Positions 42,601 through 57,600 of a stretch of DNA of 64,000 nt are shown in pieces. Within the stretch, counting starts at the first letter, position 1, and each line of letters opens with the position of its first letter. Source of the stretch: Tubiluchus corallicola (Eukaryota; Animalia; Priapulida); the NCBI GenBank assembly GCA_030141605.1, contig JAQGDQ010000036.1, positions 744,001 to 808,000 on the forward strand. Direction: 5' to 3'. The notes below the pieces were generated by a model. That model was given only the letters and a program-made list of their open reading frames with translations, had not been told where the DNA came from and ran no database searches. The translations under genes were made by a program, and so were the position numbers.

Positions 42601-45600
42601 GGAATATGTGAATTGTGTTGAAACCTTAGAACTGCATTCTGCATTCAAGTTATGTCTAATAATGCTGTCCTCAGCATGTGTCATATTAGTCTAAAGCTTT
42701 ATATAACACCATTATCTAATTGACAGTAATTATTTTGTTTTAGAAGTTGGAAATCATTTTGAAAACTAGACGGTGTTTATGACAAAGTCATAAACTTAAG
42801 ATTCTGCATTTTAACCAAAACTGCAAGTGTAGACTTTGAAAAATCTTTACTGACTTGATCTTTGTTTCAAGAATCATGATTTTGCTATTGCTAAATTATT
42901 TGTGCTTGATCACCTAGGGAATCCATTTTATTGCAATCCCATTTTAACACCCTTGCCTGTGTCACGTGAACTTGCCACTTTTCGAAAATGCTTAGCACAC
43001 ATCTATGCTACATCTAGCCATACATGCAATAACATAGGCTTCTAGTCCAATACTATAATAGGAGTTGAGCAACAAAGCCGTTTGCCCTAATTTTCACATT
43101 TTGGTTTCTGTCTCAGGCCCTTAAAGAACCCAAGGTTTTTAAAACCCCAGGTGCACATCTACCCCATAGTGCCTTAATACCTGTGGAAAAAAATTGAATT
43201 TAACTCAAAGCCCTAGGAGGAGTTCAGGTGTCTTCTCAGCAAGTTTGGTGACTTCAGGTATCATAGTTTTGGAGTTATTCACTGTCGTAGTGGAGAAACA
43301 ATAATAAACAGTTTATTTCCAAATAGCAGAATCTTAATAGTAAATGGTTGATTTACAATAAGATTCTGCTATATGCAGAATCTTAACAACAGCACTTAGC
43401 AGAAAAATTGTCATTGGCTAATTTTCTGAACGTAGAGTAAAATTGGCTAATGTCATACACAGGCTAATGTCAGACAATGAGCTTCAGATTTTTACTAAAA
43501 ATAACAAAATAGTATGAACACTGGATTTTCCTCTCCTTTTTTTGTCATTGCTTACTTTCTATATTACTTTTTTATTTTTAGCAAAGGCCTGAAGCCAACT
43601 GTCCGACATTAGGCTATTTTGCCAAATAATCCTAGTAGCACTAATTTAGGCAGACCTGTTATAATATTACATATAATAGAACTCAGTATTTTAATCTATA
43701 AAATTAAATTTGATTACTACAAAAATATTTTACTTTACATAGTATATTTACAGCATTTTTTAATAAGCCTAAGAATACAATTCAAAGAAAATTGTATTAA
43801 ATAAAGTGCATCATTATTTAAAAAAATGATCTGTAACTAAAACTGTGTAGCAAAACAGTTAAAAGGAATTTGTTACACAGTTCTAGTTATATATGTAATA
43901 TCAGTATTTTGCTTATTTTGTTACATTAGCATCGAGTGGACCAGGAAACTGTTTGCAAAAAGAATTTCAGTGTTCTACAGGAGTATGTCTTCCGCAAAAC
44001 TGGAAATGCGATGGTACTCCTGATTGTGAAAATGGAGAAGATGAAAAAGACTGTGGTAAGTGGGAAAACAGAAGGAATTGCCATTAAGTGTCATTCATAT
44101 TCTCTGTTGAGCTTACATGAGCCAGCTTAAGTATTTGTAAGCAGTAATTAGGATAAAAGGTCATCTAAACTTGAGTTCTGCTCATTGAAGCTTGAACTTT
44201 GGCTGATGATGCTCCACTATTTTTGTGTTGTTGTTTTTCATTAACTACCACAATTTTCGGAGCCAGAATACTTGGTGAGGTCCCTTTTACTAGTGACCCT
44301 TTTTAACTTGGTTTGGGCCTACATAATAAATTTGATGACAAAGGGACTATCTAGTTATTTGATATCATGGATGCTGAATTTTGTTGATTACTTTGTGGTA
44401 TGCATCCACAATTATCAAACAGAAATTAAATTTTCTTGGAAGTGCTAGGAACATTTACTTCTGAGTACTTTGAAAACTCTTTGCTGCATGTTAATATATT
44501 GTGGTTAAAAACCAAACTGGAAATTTATGCATTCCCTTTGTTGCTCTGAAACATTTGTTTATACACCATACTTTGTTTAGGGCCATTTAGTGGCCGTGTT
44601 TAATGTTTATTATTTTAATAAGAAAGTAATGCGTAATAGTGAAAGTTAGTTTAATGTTTATTATATTTAATAAGAGTTGTAATGCGAAACAATAAAATAT
44701 TTCATTTTTTTTTATTTTAATTGGCCAGACAATTATTTAGCAAGGTACCACTGAACATGCAAAAGGTGATGTCCACTACATTATTTCATATTAAAGGCAT
44801 CATTTAACAATATTTCACTCAAAACCTCATTTTGTTGAAATGAATTACCATCATTAAGCAAAATCAAATTCTTTACCTTTTTTGCTATGATATTTTTTAT
44901 TAAATGTTTTTACTGTTTTTTTATAGATGTTATAACGTGTGCAACAAACAACTTTAGGTGTGACAATGGACACTGCATTTATAAAGCTTGGGTTTGTGAT
45001 GGTGATGACGACTGTGGTGACAATAGCGATGAAAGTGTAAAGCAGGGATGTGGTCAGTAATTGATCCTGCTTCCTATAGTATTAGCAGCTTTAACGACTT
45101 CATCATTTTTATCCATATTTGCCATTTATTAAATTATAGAATTATTGTATTACTATCACTGCAAGTTAGTTATCTTGTTTTTGAGAGTACCGTTGAAGCA
45201 TCTGTTATTTTTTTAGCTGCTCCTGAATTTCGCTGTCCATTTTCAAAGTGGCAATGTCCAGGTTTGCGAACCTGTATAAATCAGACAAATGTATGCGACG
45301 GAACGCCTAACTGCGATAACGGTCTGGACGAAGGTCCTGGATGTGGTGAGTCTTACCCGAGGAACATTCATTTGTGCATTTGTTTTTCCATTTTGCAGAA
45401 ATAGAGATGTGATGTAGGTAACGTGTCTATATTTATTGCAGGATTATCAGACTGTGCATCTCAGCCTGTTGACAATGCCTGTAGTTACCAGTGTATCAAC
45501 ACACCCGCTGGACCGGAATGTGTATGTCCGGAGGGTCAGTCTCTTAATGCCACTACATGTATTGGTATGTCCCAAGTTGTTATTTTTGAATAGTCTAAAT

Positions 45601-48600
45601 TATGATGAATTAGATTAACTGTACAAACTGAAACAATTTTTTGCAATCTGTCTATTTTTTTAGCATTTAGTTATAGCGCCAACTTGTGAAATGTTGGTTT
45701 GTACGAGAATTTTGGTAAGTTTATTGCTTTTGCAGATTTGAATGAATGTGATCCACCTGGTGCCTGTAGTCAAATGTGTGAAAACACTAAGGGGTCATTC
45801 ACATGTTCATGTGCATCAGGTTACACACTGGACAACAATAGAGTTTTCTGCAAAGCGAACAGTAAGTGTTTTAAAATTTTCACTAATAATTCTTTTGATT
45901 AAAATATTTAAGTCTGATGTTTTGTTCATTCATATTTAAGGAATGCCCAGAGATTTCAAGTAACATTTTTTTCACTGTAGATGTGACTGATGCCTACCTT
46001 GTGTTTTCAAATCGTAATAAGTTGATTAAGAGTAATTTGAGGCTGCAAGATACAGACAAGCTGCCGTTCAAAGTTCAGTATGCAGTTGGTATCAGTTTTG
46101 ATGTATCTACTGACATGATTTACTGGTCAGATCTTGAATCAAAAACGATAAGCAGAGCCTATATTAATGGAACTGGAGAGGAAAAGGTCAGTATAGCCAC
46201 TTTTCTTCATTAAATGCAATTGAAGTTATTTCACTCTATGGAAAGTTAATCTTTTGTTTTTGATAGTGCATAATATTTTCATGGTGCTAAGTGAGATGAA
46301 AGAGTAATTCATCTGTTCTTTATTGGAGAAATTTTTGAATGTGCTACCTCACAAGATCCATATTATAATATAATGTTGGATTTGTAATTCTACACCTACA
46401 CTTATTATTAGACACTGGAAAAAATAATTACTCAGTGACAATAATTAATATTTGTGAAATTATTAATTTTGCTGATTGTGTTAGTTTGTTCAGTGTATTA
46501 GTAGAGAAATGCGTGATATAATTAAAACACTAAAATTTGATATGATTGTTGCCTTTTAAAGGTAATAACCTCTGGCATAGATGTTGTTGAAGCTGTTTGT
46601 TTTGATTGGATTGGACGTAATCTATACTGGATTGATTATGGGCTGGAAACAATAGAGGCCTCTAACTATGATGGCAGCTACAGAATTGTTTTGCTTGATA
46701 AAAACATAACTAATCCTAGAGGATTTGCCATTGATCCAACTGAAAAGTATGTACTAGGTTATAATTTTTAAGCTGACGCTTCACCATTAATTCTAGTATA
46801 ATTTTCTATAATTGCTAATAATTCTTAATTTTAATCTTTGTATATCTTTTGGCACTGACAAATGTGAGTTCTTAATGTTTGTTCTTATCATTTACGGTTA
46901 ATCTTATTTCTTTGTTTCTTTCAAACAATGGAAGCTAGGCAGCTGTTATTGTTCACAGTGTGTTAGAGTAACTTTTAGTTATCTCATTTATCTAAATGTA
47001 AAAATCTAAAAAAATCTAAAAATTTATCATTACATTAGATATCACATTCTAGTTCATTTAATTCATTGATGTTTTTAGAGCAAGAGTAATGTTTTGGACA
47101 GATTGGGGTGATCATCCAAGAATAGAAAGAGCAGGTCTAGATGGCAGTAACCGTACCATCATTATCAACACCAAGATTTCCTGGCCAAATGGGCTTACTA
47201 TTGACTATCCGACTATGCGCTTGTATTTTGCTGACAGTCGCTTGGATTACATCGATTATTGCAATTACGATGGGACTGGCAGATACCAAGTTATTGCAAA
47301 TGATCATGTATGATTTTGTGTGTGTTGTAATGTTTTGTTGATGGTGTGGGGGCACTGAATGCACATTTTCATCAACCAAACCAAAGCCGGTTTTTTTATG
47401 CTTACGTGCCACCGAACCGAAGCTTAATCGAATGATCGGCCATGCTGCCGAACCGAATTCCGAATAAAATATCAAGTTAAACCAGACCGAAGCTGACCGA
47501 ATTTTTTACCGAAACTGGAGAGGAATTTTTCTTGCAACTTCAAATGAAAACAGTTATAAATTCTGTAATGTTTTATCATTTTAATTTAGTGGTGACTGGT
47601 GAGCAGTGTAAATTTGTTCTGATTACTAATTTAGTTTTACTATAAATTAATGTTATGTAGTACAGCATTAAGTATTTTAAAAGCAGCCCTAATTCTTTCG
47701 AAAATCGTTAAAATTATTTTGTATATTCAGTAAAAACATTATTTAAGCAAAACTACAATAGTATAATTGTTTACTAACTCAAGTTCTCGTTGATTTGTTT
47801 GTACATTGGTCATGTATGCCCAAATACAGTGCCGCTACACTTTGCCCCTTGATGCGGCTTCTGTATCGATGGTGCATCGCATTTTTCGAGTTATTATACA
47901 GAAACAGAAAGCAAAATGTCAGCTGTTGTGACGTGTTCACCATTTACTATCATTTTTTTCAGATTAGTTTTTATAGGCTTTATAGATAAATATTCAGTTT
48001 GCTTTAATGCAATTTTCCCAGAATTTGACAATTATTAAACAAAGTAACTTTGGTATACCGAAGGTTCTCCGAACCTTTGATAATTAGTACAGAAGTTTAC
48101 TGATCCGGATTTTTGATACAAATATTCCGGGAAAAATTCAGTGACCCGAATGTTCGGTGGTTCTCTCGGGGAACTTTATTTATTTTTTATTCTAACCATA
48201 ATTTTTGTATTTACATACATTTGTTGTTTAATTGTTACTGTCAGGTCATTCCCCACTTTCTTTTTACAAAATTCCCAACTTTTGAGGGCAAAAATGACTT
48301 TTGATTCTTAAGCCATTCATTGAAAGTTATACATTTGGATGAAAAATGGATTTTGTTTACTGTCTCTCTGCAAATACTGTTTATGTCACTAGGTTCTTGC
48401 CTTCATCACATATGTCAGCTTAACAGAAAAAGGTGGCAACTTTATTGTCAGATTAAACTTTGTTCAGACTTTCGTAATACTTTATTGATGTGTTGTATAT
48501 ATTGTAGTTCTTACAACATGTACATGCCATCACATTGTTTGAAGACAATATCTACTGGACAGATCGGGAGAGAAACACGGTCATGCAATGTAATAAATTC

Positions 48601-51600
48601 ACGTGTAATAACCAGACTATTGTGCAGCAAGGTCTGAACAAACCTCTTTATGTACAAGTGCACCATCCTGTTAGGCAGCCAGATGGTAAGATTTAATTTT
48701 TATAATCGGTTGTGTAATTAATTTTTATTGCTTTATATTTACTAGGGTTGTGCTAGATTGGTTGCAAATTCCCAGACTGAGCAATTTGAATGGTCCCAGC
48801 TTTAATCCTGATCTAACAGGAATTTTGTTAGATCTGCTTTTCTATAGCACAAATTTTTCAATTAAGGGCAAAGTTAGTCAGCATAAAAATACGCACAGCA
48901 GTCTAGTTACCTGAATAGTGTTAATTTCTTTAAAGAATTTGGAAGATTTCTATCAAAATGTTTAGAAATTTAGGAAATTGATTTTTTGTGCATAATAACT
49001 GCAGCGTCAGTAATACTGGTAATCTTCATACAATTGTTCCATGTGGTACGTAGTGTACAATGGTACAGCTAGTGCTGCGAAAATTTCTGTTACCTACTTA
49101 TTCAGCTTTTGACAGCAAAAGTATAGTTTAATGTTGTTTAGTTGTAAACCCAACATACACAGACTATGCTGTATGCATGTGCACGGTGTGTGAACTGTGA
49201 CTCGTGCTCACAACTATGGTATACTAAGCTTGAAAAAGCAAGTGCGGTGTTTTCATTTAAAAATTCTGAAGAAAAATGAAGCTTATGTTGCTAATTTGGA
49301 TTCGAACATGGATTCAATACAAACAGTTCTGTAATACTTGATCCTGTACAGCTTTAATATTTACTAAATATTCATTTTACAGTTATTCGTGTTTGCATTT
49401 TATAGGTCCTAATCCATGCGCAAATGAGCCATGCTCTTACCTGTGTCTACTTGCACCTGGCAAGCCAGGATATTCATGTGTATGCCCTGTTGGAATGATA
49501 GTTGATTCCCAGAAGTCAAGTTCTTGTGTCAATGGTAAACTAAATTGTGTTTTTTTCAATAATATACTGTTTTTTTTATTTTTTATTATATTTGGAATAA
49601 ATATTTTATATTAAAGCTTTCATAAGTGTGTATAAACAAAAGAGTGTCTTTGTCGTAAGAGTAGCTGAAATTTGTATGTGTCAAGATCAGCATTTAAAAC
49701 ATGTCTTTATACTAAAATTCTGTAACAGAATACTAATGTTCTGTATGCTGACTAGAAAGGAGCCTAAAATTTGCTTTTTATGGAAATCAAGAGCCTTTCA
49801 GTTGTCAGATTGATTTTTAATGAATAGTGGTTTCTGCTGTCTTTGAATTGATGCTTTGATTTGTAAAGAAGTTTGATAAAGTGTCCTGAATAAAATCTAC
49901 AACAAACTTGTATGTCTTTATTCTTGAAACAGAAGTAGTGAACACTATTAAACTAATAACTGTTTTTAACAGGTAAAAAAGAATAACTAATTTAACGACT
50001 ACAGAAATCAGCCAAAATTGTGTTTGTATTGGCAACATTTGGTCATGTTGATTTTTTTGTATGTTTACCTTTTTTTGTACATTTTCATCAGACACTACTC
50101 CATATCTTATGTACATGAAACGAGATCCTGGGAAGATTCTTGGCTTGTCAATGGATCCAGACACTAAGAACCCTTTTAACAATTTTGTTCCAATTACTGG
50201 CATTAAGAACATTCGTGATTTTGATTATGATTCTCGGGATGGCTGGATCTACTGGATTGAAACAGGAAAACCTGTAAATGGTCAAATTCCTGTAAGTAAA
50301 CAGTTTTAACTACTAGATTAGTTTTGGGTTTTGGGTTGAAGATTTCACATTGAGGTTGCAGATTGATATCCGAGTGATTTGTCATGTAATAGATGCCTTG
50401 TGCAATTTTTTGCTGCTGACAGAATTTAACATGATGATAACTTCAATATTTAATCATGATTTCCTCCCCCTCCTCTTTGCTGTCTTCCTCCAAGCGATAG
50501 GGATTCTGATTTGTTCACTGCTCTTGCCCGTGTCAGTGCCTAAGGCCCTAAGCCAATGATGTCAAATTAAAAGTGGTGAAAACGATTAATACTTCGCTCA
50601 ACTTTGAACCACAGCTGCTTACACAGAAAGCAAATGCAATTCCCATACACTAATGAATTATGCACATGAAATAATACTCCACTTATTGCTTACCTGCTGA
50701 AATGATCGATTGTCACTGTGCAGGCTGGGCTTCTTACTTTAATTTGACCTATTTTATTGCTGTAGTAAATGAGTGAATATTCCACTTGAAATGTTAGCAA
50801 CAAAATCACAATATTTAAGCATTTTATTATTCGTGAACAGTTTCTTTACATTCCAAGCTTATTTTTATTAGTAGGGGTTTAGCTGTTTTATTTTGAAAGC
50901 GGATTTTATATAAAATAACTTGTTTTTATGCTGCAATTATAGGATGATGAGGAAGCTCCATATTTGGTAATCAAAATTTGGTTATTTTGTTCCTTATACA
51001 AGATAGGTAACAATTGATAGACTGATAATTTGATAGTCCATTTTCAAGTGTTTATTTCATGGGAATGATACTGTAATATTGACATACCAATGGAATAATA
51101 TCCTATTCATCAGATTCATTATGTCGTGCAATATGTGATACAATAATATTATTTTGTACAAATGTAAGAACCTTGCCAGTGCTTATGAAATATTCAAAAA
51201 CAGTTTAGCAAGGAAAAGTTGCTTAACAGAAAAATGGTGATGCAGTCATAGAAAAAAATTATTCATGTGTAAACAGTAATCTAGTTATGTTTACCCATTG
51301 AATTGTACATTTTCAATTTTTCATCATCTGCAACCCCCTTGAATCTTACAAATTTCATTTTAGTTACTAAAGAATATTTGTTCTGTCTGTATGTTTGTAA
51401 GTGCTTTGTGTATCTATAGCAGTATTATGTTGGCTTTGCTCAAATAGCCACATTAAATTGATTCAACTCACCTTCTCTTTCCATTACAAACAGTGACTTG
51501 TCTTAAATCTATCTGTAAAGTTTTAGCTTTTTGTTATTTTTTGCAGTTTTAATTAATTATTTTTTTATTGTAGTCCATTATCAAACGAGTACGGTTTGAC

Positions 51601-54600
51601 GGCCAGAATATGACCACGTTTGACAATGGTTCTATCATCGGTGGCGGTGATAGGTTAGGACTGAATAACAAGTTTGGCTTAAATTCGGTCGCATTTGACT
51701 GGATTGGACGTAACCTATATGTAGCGAATCAGGCAGCTGGCAGAATTGAAATCATTAAAGTAGATGGGGATGTCAGGCGACATGCAGTTATCTTGGAGAA
51801 TAATGGGACAAGAAATAGTGTAGCAAATCCTGTAGCACTAGCAGTGGATCCTATCAATGGGTAAACACACCTTGAGCATGTATACTTTGATAGGAATTTT
51901 TGAAACAGATCCGATCAGTTACTCTTCTTGAATTTTTTCCTGATTACCGATTGCTGCTAAATGTAATTTTCCTCTGATCCACAGATCCGATTTGCTTCAA
52001 ATTGTGTCAAATTAGTCTCTATACTTTGTAGTGTCAGCAGATTCTTGCCTATAACTTGTAGATGTTTCAACAAGTTTTTCTGATCCTATCTTAGTTTTTT
52101 TTATACCATTCGATTGCCGGTACCCACTCATCAGCTTCTAATCACTGATACTTGATCAAATTGCAATACTTTTGAACAAAATTAGTTTATAAAAAAGCCA
52201 ACACATATTATTAGTTAATTGTTAATTTATGAACTATTTTTCATTTGTTTTCAGCAAACTATTCTGGCTAGATAATGGTGGTTCAGGAGTGCCTAGAAAG
52301 GTCGCAAAAGCTAATTTAGATGGATCTAGTGCTTCTGTTTTGGAGTCGTCAGGTTTACATGATTTGGATTACTTAACAATTGACTTGAAGGACCAGCAGT
52401 TGTACTACACAATGGATGATATGAGTTGGGTAGGTTTTCTCAAAGACATTAAGTTGTTTATGAAGTAATTCACTTTGGTTATGTGTTGCGTCCTTGCGTA
52501 TTGAGCAATAATTTTTTGATTTGGTAGCATAAGGGCGAAATTCCTTCTGTTATATTTAAAATCTGCAAATGAACAGTTTTATGTCTATCTTTCATTCCAA
52601 ACAAGCAATAAGTGTGGCTTAGGTTATTTGCAAGAATTCGAACTGTGTATGTGGCTGCAATTGATTCAATCTTATGAATTTTTAATTTAAATTGTTTCAA
52701 GTATGCAGACAGTTGTTTTGAGGGTGTTGAATTAAGTTTTGTTAATTAATGGACATTTAATGGAATTAGAGAAATCATTTATCACTAAATCAAACGTTAT
52801 AAAATGGTTTTATATAGAATCAGATTTTGTACATACATCAATTTATAATTTGAGTTTTTTGCTTATGAATATGATATGACAGTGTACAGTGTTATGCTTT
52901 AGCAGATAAAAAATAATAATTTGGCTATTCATGTTCTAATTGAATTTGTTTATACTAGTAAACTGTTAAACTGTTTTTTTTATAGATAGAGAAAGTTACA
53001 ACTGGAGGCCTGAATAGAAAACATTTGGGATTTGCTCAGAATATTGGCACACCAAAAGGTGTGGCTGTTTACAAGAATTTTCTCTATGCAGCTGACACTG
53101 CTTATGAGAAAATTAGCCGTCGTGGGAAAGAAAATGGCATTGATGATGACAAAGAGGTTGTTCTATTGAAAAACGAAAAGAATGTATTTCAGCTTCGAGT
53201 AAAGTACCAGCAAGAATGTAAGGAACTACTTGATTATATTTTTCGGTGATAAATTCTGATACTTTTATATGATAAATTTTTCTTTTTATATTATATACCT
53301 AATAATTTAGGTTTGACATTAAATCACATTTCCGAGATATTTCATGTCATATTAAATTAATACAAAAATATGTGAAAACAAACACAACAAGGCCAAAACA
53401 TGATTAATAAGCAGTGCCTTAACTTGCTTACCCGTTTCATTTAATTCTGTTTAGTAGCAATGAAAGTTTTCTATAAGTCACCCAGTAAACTGAATGTAAT
53501 ATAATCCGCTTAAAATAATTGTTTCAGTGATTAAAGATCATCCTTGTTTAACAAATAATGGTGATTGTGAGCATATATGTATTCCAAAAGATGGCGTTAG
53601 TAGAGTGTGCATTTGTGCAACTGGGTATACATTACAGAACCAGACACACTGCAAAAGTAAGTACTGCAAATGGCTAAAAATAATTAGTATATTGAATAAA
53701 GCATTTGTTTATTTTTTCTTATTTAAAACACTAGCAGAATAAAATGTTATCATTGTAACTCTAATTTAGTAATAATGAACTTACAGTGTTTTTGTACGTG
53801 TAATGAAGCAATTTACACTGTTTAGATCACACATCATTTATGGTTGTAAGCACACTGTCGGCAATTTCTGGGTATGCATTGAATTCTACAGGAAGTGAGC
53901 CAGCCATCATGCCCATTGGTGGAACACAAGGTATATGCATATATGTAAAGTAATTTACTTATAAAAAGTTTTTCTTATAATAGCAAGCTTTACATGATAT
54001 TGTTGGGATTATTGAAAACGTAGTTTCCTCACAGTGTGTTTGTTTGCTCTGTGATTTCTAAATTGCTTAAAAAAATTCATAGCATATAGGAAAAGATTAA
54101 ATTTGTATCTATGGTGTTAACATAAAATTCAGTTGATTTTTCAGGCCTGACAAAACGCCTTTACGTTATTTTTTGAAAATTAATTCCATGTGACATTTGT
54201 AATTTTTTTTACTTTGCTGTTCAGGCTTCCAAGCACTTCATGTTGATGTACATGTAAAGGAGGGCTGGATTTACTGGTGCAATTATGATCAGAAGGGTAA
54301 ACAAAATGCTATACGCAGAATACGTCCAAATGGATCTGACTATGAGGAGCTCGTTTCGACTGGCATTGGTAAAAATGGAATACGTGGCCTTGCTGTTGAT
54401 TGGGTTGCAGGTATGTTTTTTGAGCTTCACTGGATCCGAGTTCTGGACTTTCTTATGGATGTTGCTTGCCTTTAATAAATAACTGGGAAGCAAATGCAAA
54501 TTAGCACAAAAAGACGAAAAACATGCAATATTAATTATTAAAAATTTAACTCCGTTCTCGATATATTGTAGATCTATAAAAATCATGGTGAGCATAATTT

Positions 54601-57600
54601 ATTTGTAATCTTAGTTTTTAGTTTGTCCTTTAGATTTGTCCTTAAGCCTTCAAGAAGACCCCTGTCACGTTTTTGAAACTAAACATAGTCAAAAAGAAGA
54701 GGAATGTGTGGAAGTCAGGAGTGAAGCTTTGATTTCAAATTTGTTCTTTTTTGTCTTTATTCTTTCATTAGAAGGCAAGTTTCAATTTTTCGTAGGTAAT
54801 GTTTATTTCACTAATGCTGGTGGCATTTACACGCACATCGAAATGATGAAATTAAATGGATCAGATAGACTTGTTATTTACTCATCACGCAACGATGAGC
54901 CACGTCAACTTGCTGTCAATCCTGTCAAGCGCTACATGTACTGGTTGGATTATGGACAATATCCCAAGATTGTCAAAGCACTATTAGATGCTACTAACCA
55001 GACTGTGATAGCATCTGATAATGTAGTTATGCCACGGGATATTACGGTAGACATACTGACACATGATGTATATTGGATTGATTCTGAAAAAGAATGGATT
55101 CAGGTATTCATTTTTTATCTCATTACATTTTACTTTCAGCTTTTTTTACTTGAATAGTAGGGATTATTAATCAACATTTTTTATTGTTCTTGCTTTCTAT
55201 GCATGTAATGTATTGTATATTAATTGTCATTAAACTACAAAACTAACTATTATATAAACCCACATTTGTGGAAACTTGTCTAGAAAGAAAATTTGCAACT
55301 TTATTTGTTAGGGAGAAAAATGTTGTTGCTTTAATTCATAACATTTTTAAATGTTTTTTTATTCTTAGAGAGTGGACTATCTTGGTAACAACAGGCAAAC
55401 GATTAGAGAAAACATACCTAGTGGATTTGGTTTGGCAATCTACCTCAATGATGTCTACTGGGTAGATCGAAATTTAAAAAAGATTTTCCGTGCATCAAAA
55501 CTGCCTGGAAACACCAGTCAACCAACAGTTGTTAAAGCAGGAATAGAAAAATTGCGAGATATTGTTATCTTTGACCAAATTAATCAACCTAAGGGTAAAT
55601 GTTGAATTTGTTTTATAAAGTTTTTTCAATTTATTTAATGTTGTAAATTATTAGAGTGTTATTGGCATTTAATTTTGCTTTTAGCTTATAAATGTCATAT
55701 TAATACTATGAAATTACTTATTTTAGTGATAAATTTAATTTTTCATATTTTGTGCAGTTTTTATATTTGTTTAGAAATGAGATTATGCATACATATCATA
55801 TTTTTAGTTATTCACATTATTATCACATTAGTTATTAGTCTCCAAAAGGTCAGCATCAAGGCAACAAAACTATTATTTTGTTTAAACTATTGAGATTTCA
55901 CCTTGGTGAATAGATCAGAATAAATAGGTGTATTTTAAAAAATGAATATTAACTGAAAAAAGTGCAGCAGTAAATCAAAGTTTGTGCTAAAGTAGAAGGT
56001 TTTACGAAAGCTGCTACATGTTTCTTGTTTTTATTATAGAACTTTTGGCATATTTTTATGCAGAATAATCTTAACACATTTTTGGAGATTATATTTAATG
56101 AAAGCAATGTCGTTTTTTACAGGCACAAGTCTGTGCGTGTTTGCTAATGGAGGATGTGAGCAGGTTTGCTTCCCATTACCCAGTATATTTCCACGCTGTG
56201 GTTGTGTGGTTGGTAAACTTGCAGCTGATAAACGTCACTGTGAACGTAAGCATGGATACTTCTTTCAACAAAGTGGCAAATTATATGCTTTTCAATTCTG
56301 TTGTTTTATTGTTGTTTTTCTAGCAGTGTGTTACTTCTCATTAACTTTTTGCTGCCATTGTCACTGTATCATTGCCAATGCTTCGATGTTAGGATTTAAT
56401 GTCTGAAAAGTAGAGCTGGCAGTCAAATTAGAAAATTCGAACATTTGATTCGAATTGACATGAAACAAGTTCGATTCAAATCGAATATGTCTCCAAAATT
56501 TTAGAACTTCTTGCCTTTGCTGTTGTGAAAGTCTTAAAGTAGTCTTAAAGAAATTGCATCATTAAAATTCGAATTCGAAATTTTTGACTGAAGTGATAGT
56601 CGTAATAAAAAATACAATTTGTATGTAAGATTATTAAAATTTTGCATAAGTTATATTTTTTTCCATGAAAATTAGTAAATGAAATAAAATGATAAATAAA
56701 TAACGGGTTTCATTAAGAAGGCATGCCATGGCAGTAAAACTGAATACAAAGTGTGAATACAATAAAAATAGAGAAAAAAAGAGTCAAAAGACACAATGAG
56801 CAATAAAACAAGAAATTATTTAAGAGACATTGCTTACAAGATAAAAATTGGGAGAAATGACACAAAGTCAGCAAAACAGTTTAAAACTAATTGTGACACT
56901 AAATCTTTTACTATAATTTAGAAAGTAGTTCCTTGTTACTATATGTAGTTTTAATTACAACAGGCATTGCTAAATGTTTGTAACATTCTGTTCAAATTTT
57001 AGGCATGTCTAAAATTAGTAGAATTTCGTGTGATGAAGTAGGAAGCAAGTGTCTTTTGTCTATGATACTGGATAATATTAGAAGCAAAATTACAAGTTAA
57101 TTTTTGTGGATAATTTTTCCGATCAATCAGGTTCAGTTTATGTAAAGCATCATCATAAGAAATAAAATCTTTGCCGAAAATTATTCCACAAATTGTTTTT
57201 CGAATTTTTTCAATACTGGCAATTTGGGTTAGATTTATAAACGAGCTCCAAAAAGCATACTCTAAGACAGGGCGAGTATAAGTTGCATAGACACGAACTA
57301 GGTCTGATGTAGGAGATCCATATCTTTTTAATACAGAAACCATGAAAATTTGTTAACCTGCTTTAGCAGTAGTCTTTTCGATTTGGTGATCCCATGTAAC
57401 GATTTTAGCATTATTAAAGATATCGAAAACGTTGCACAGGTCTAAGACCTTAGTCAATGCATCATTAAAGTAAAGTAAGTTAATATTATTTTGAAGTTTG
57501 ATACCCAATAGTGTTGTAAAAGATTTTTAACAGGCACCTCACCATTAATTAGCATAGGAGGTTGACAGATCTGCTTGGATTAGTACAAAAATCAAAATGC

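Noticed and set aside
51895-52175. Clustered (C)CGAT/TGATC motifs suggesting a MITE
   Set aside because: No TIR or TSD could be defined.
56999-57343. 114-aa minus-strand ORF as a nested gene
   Set aside because: It is a reverse transcriptase C-terminal fragment with an upstream stop and missing conserved residues.
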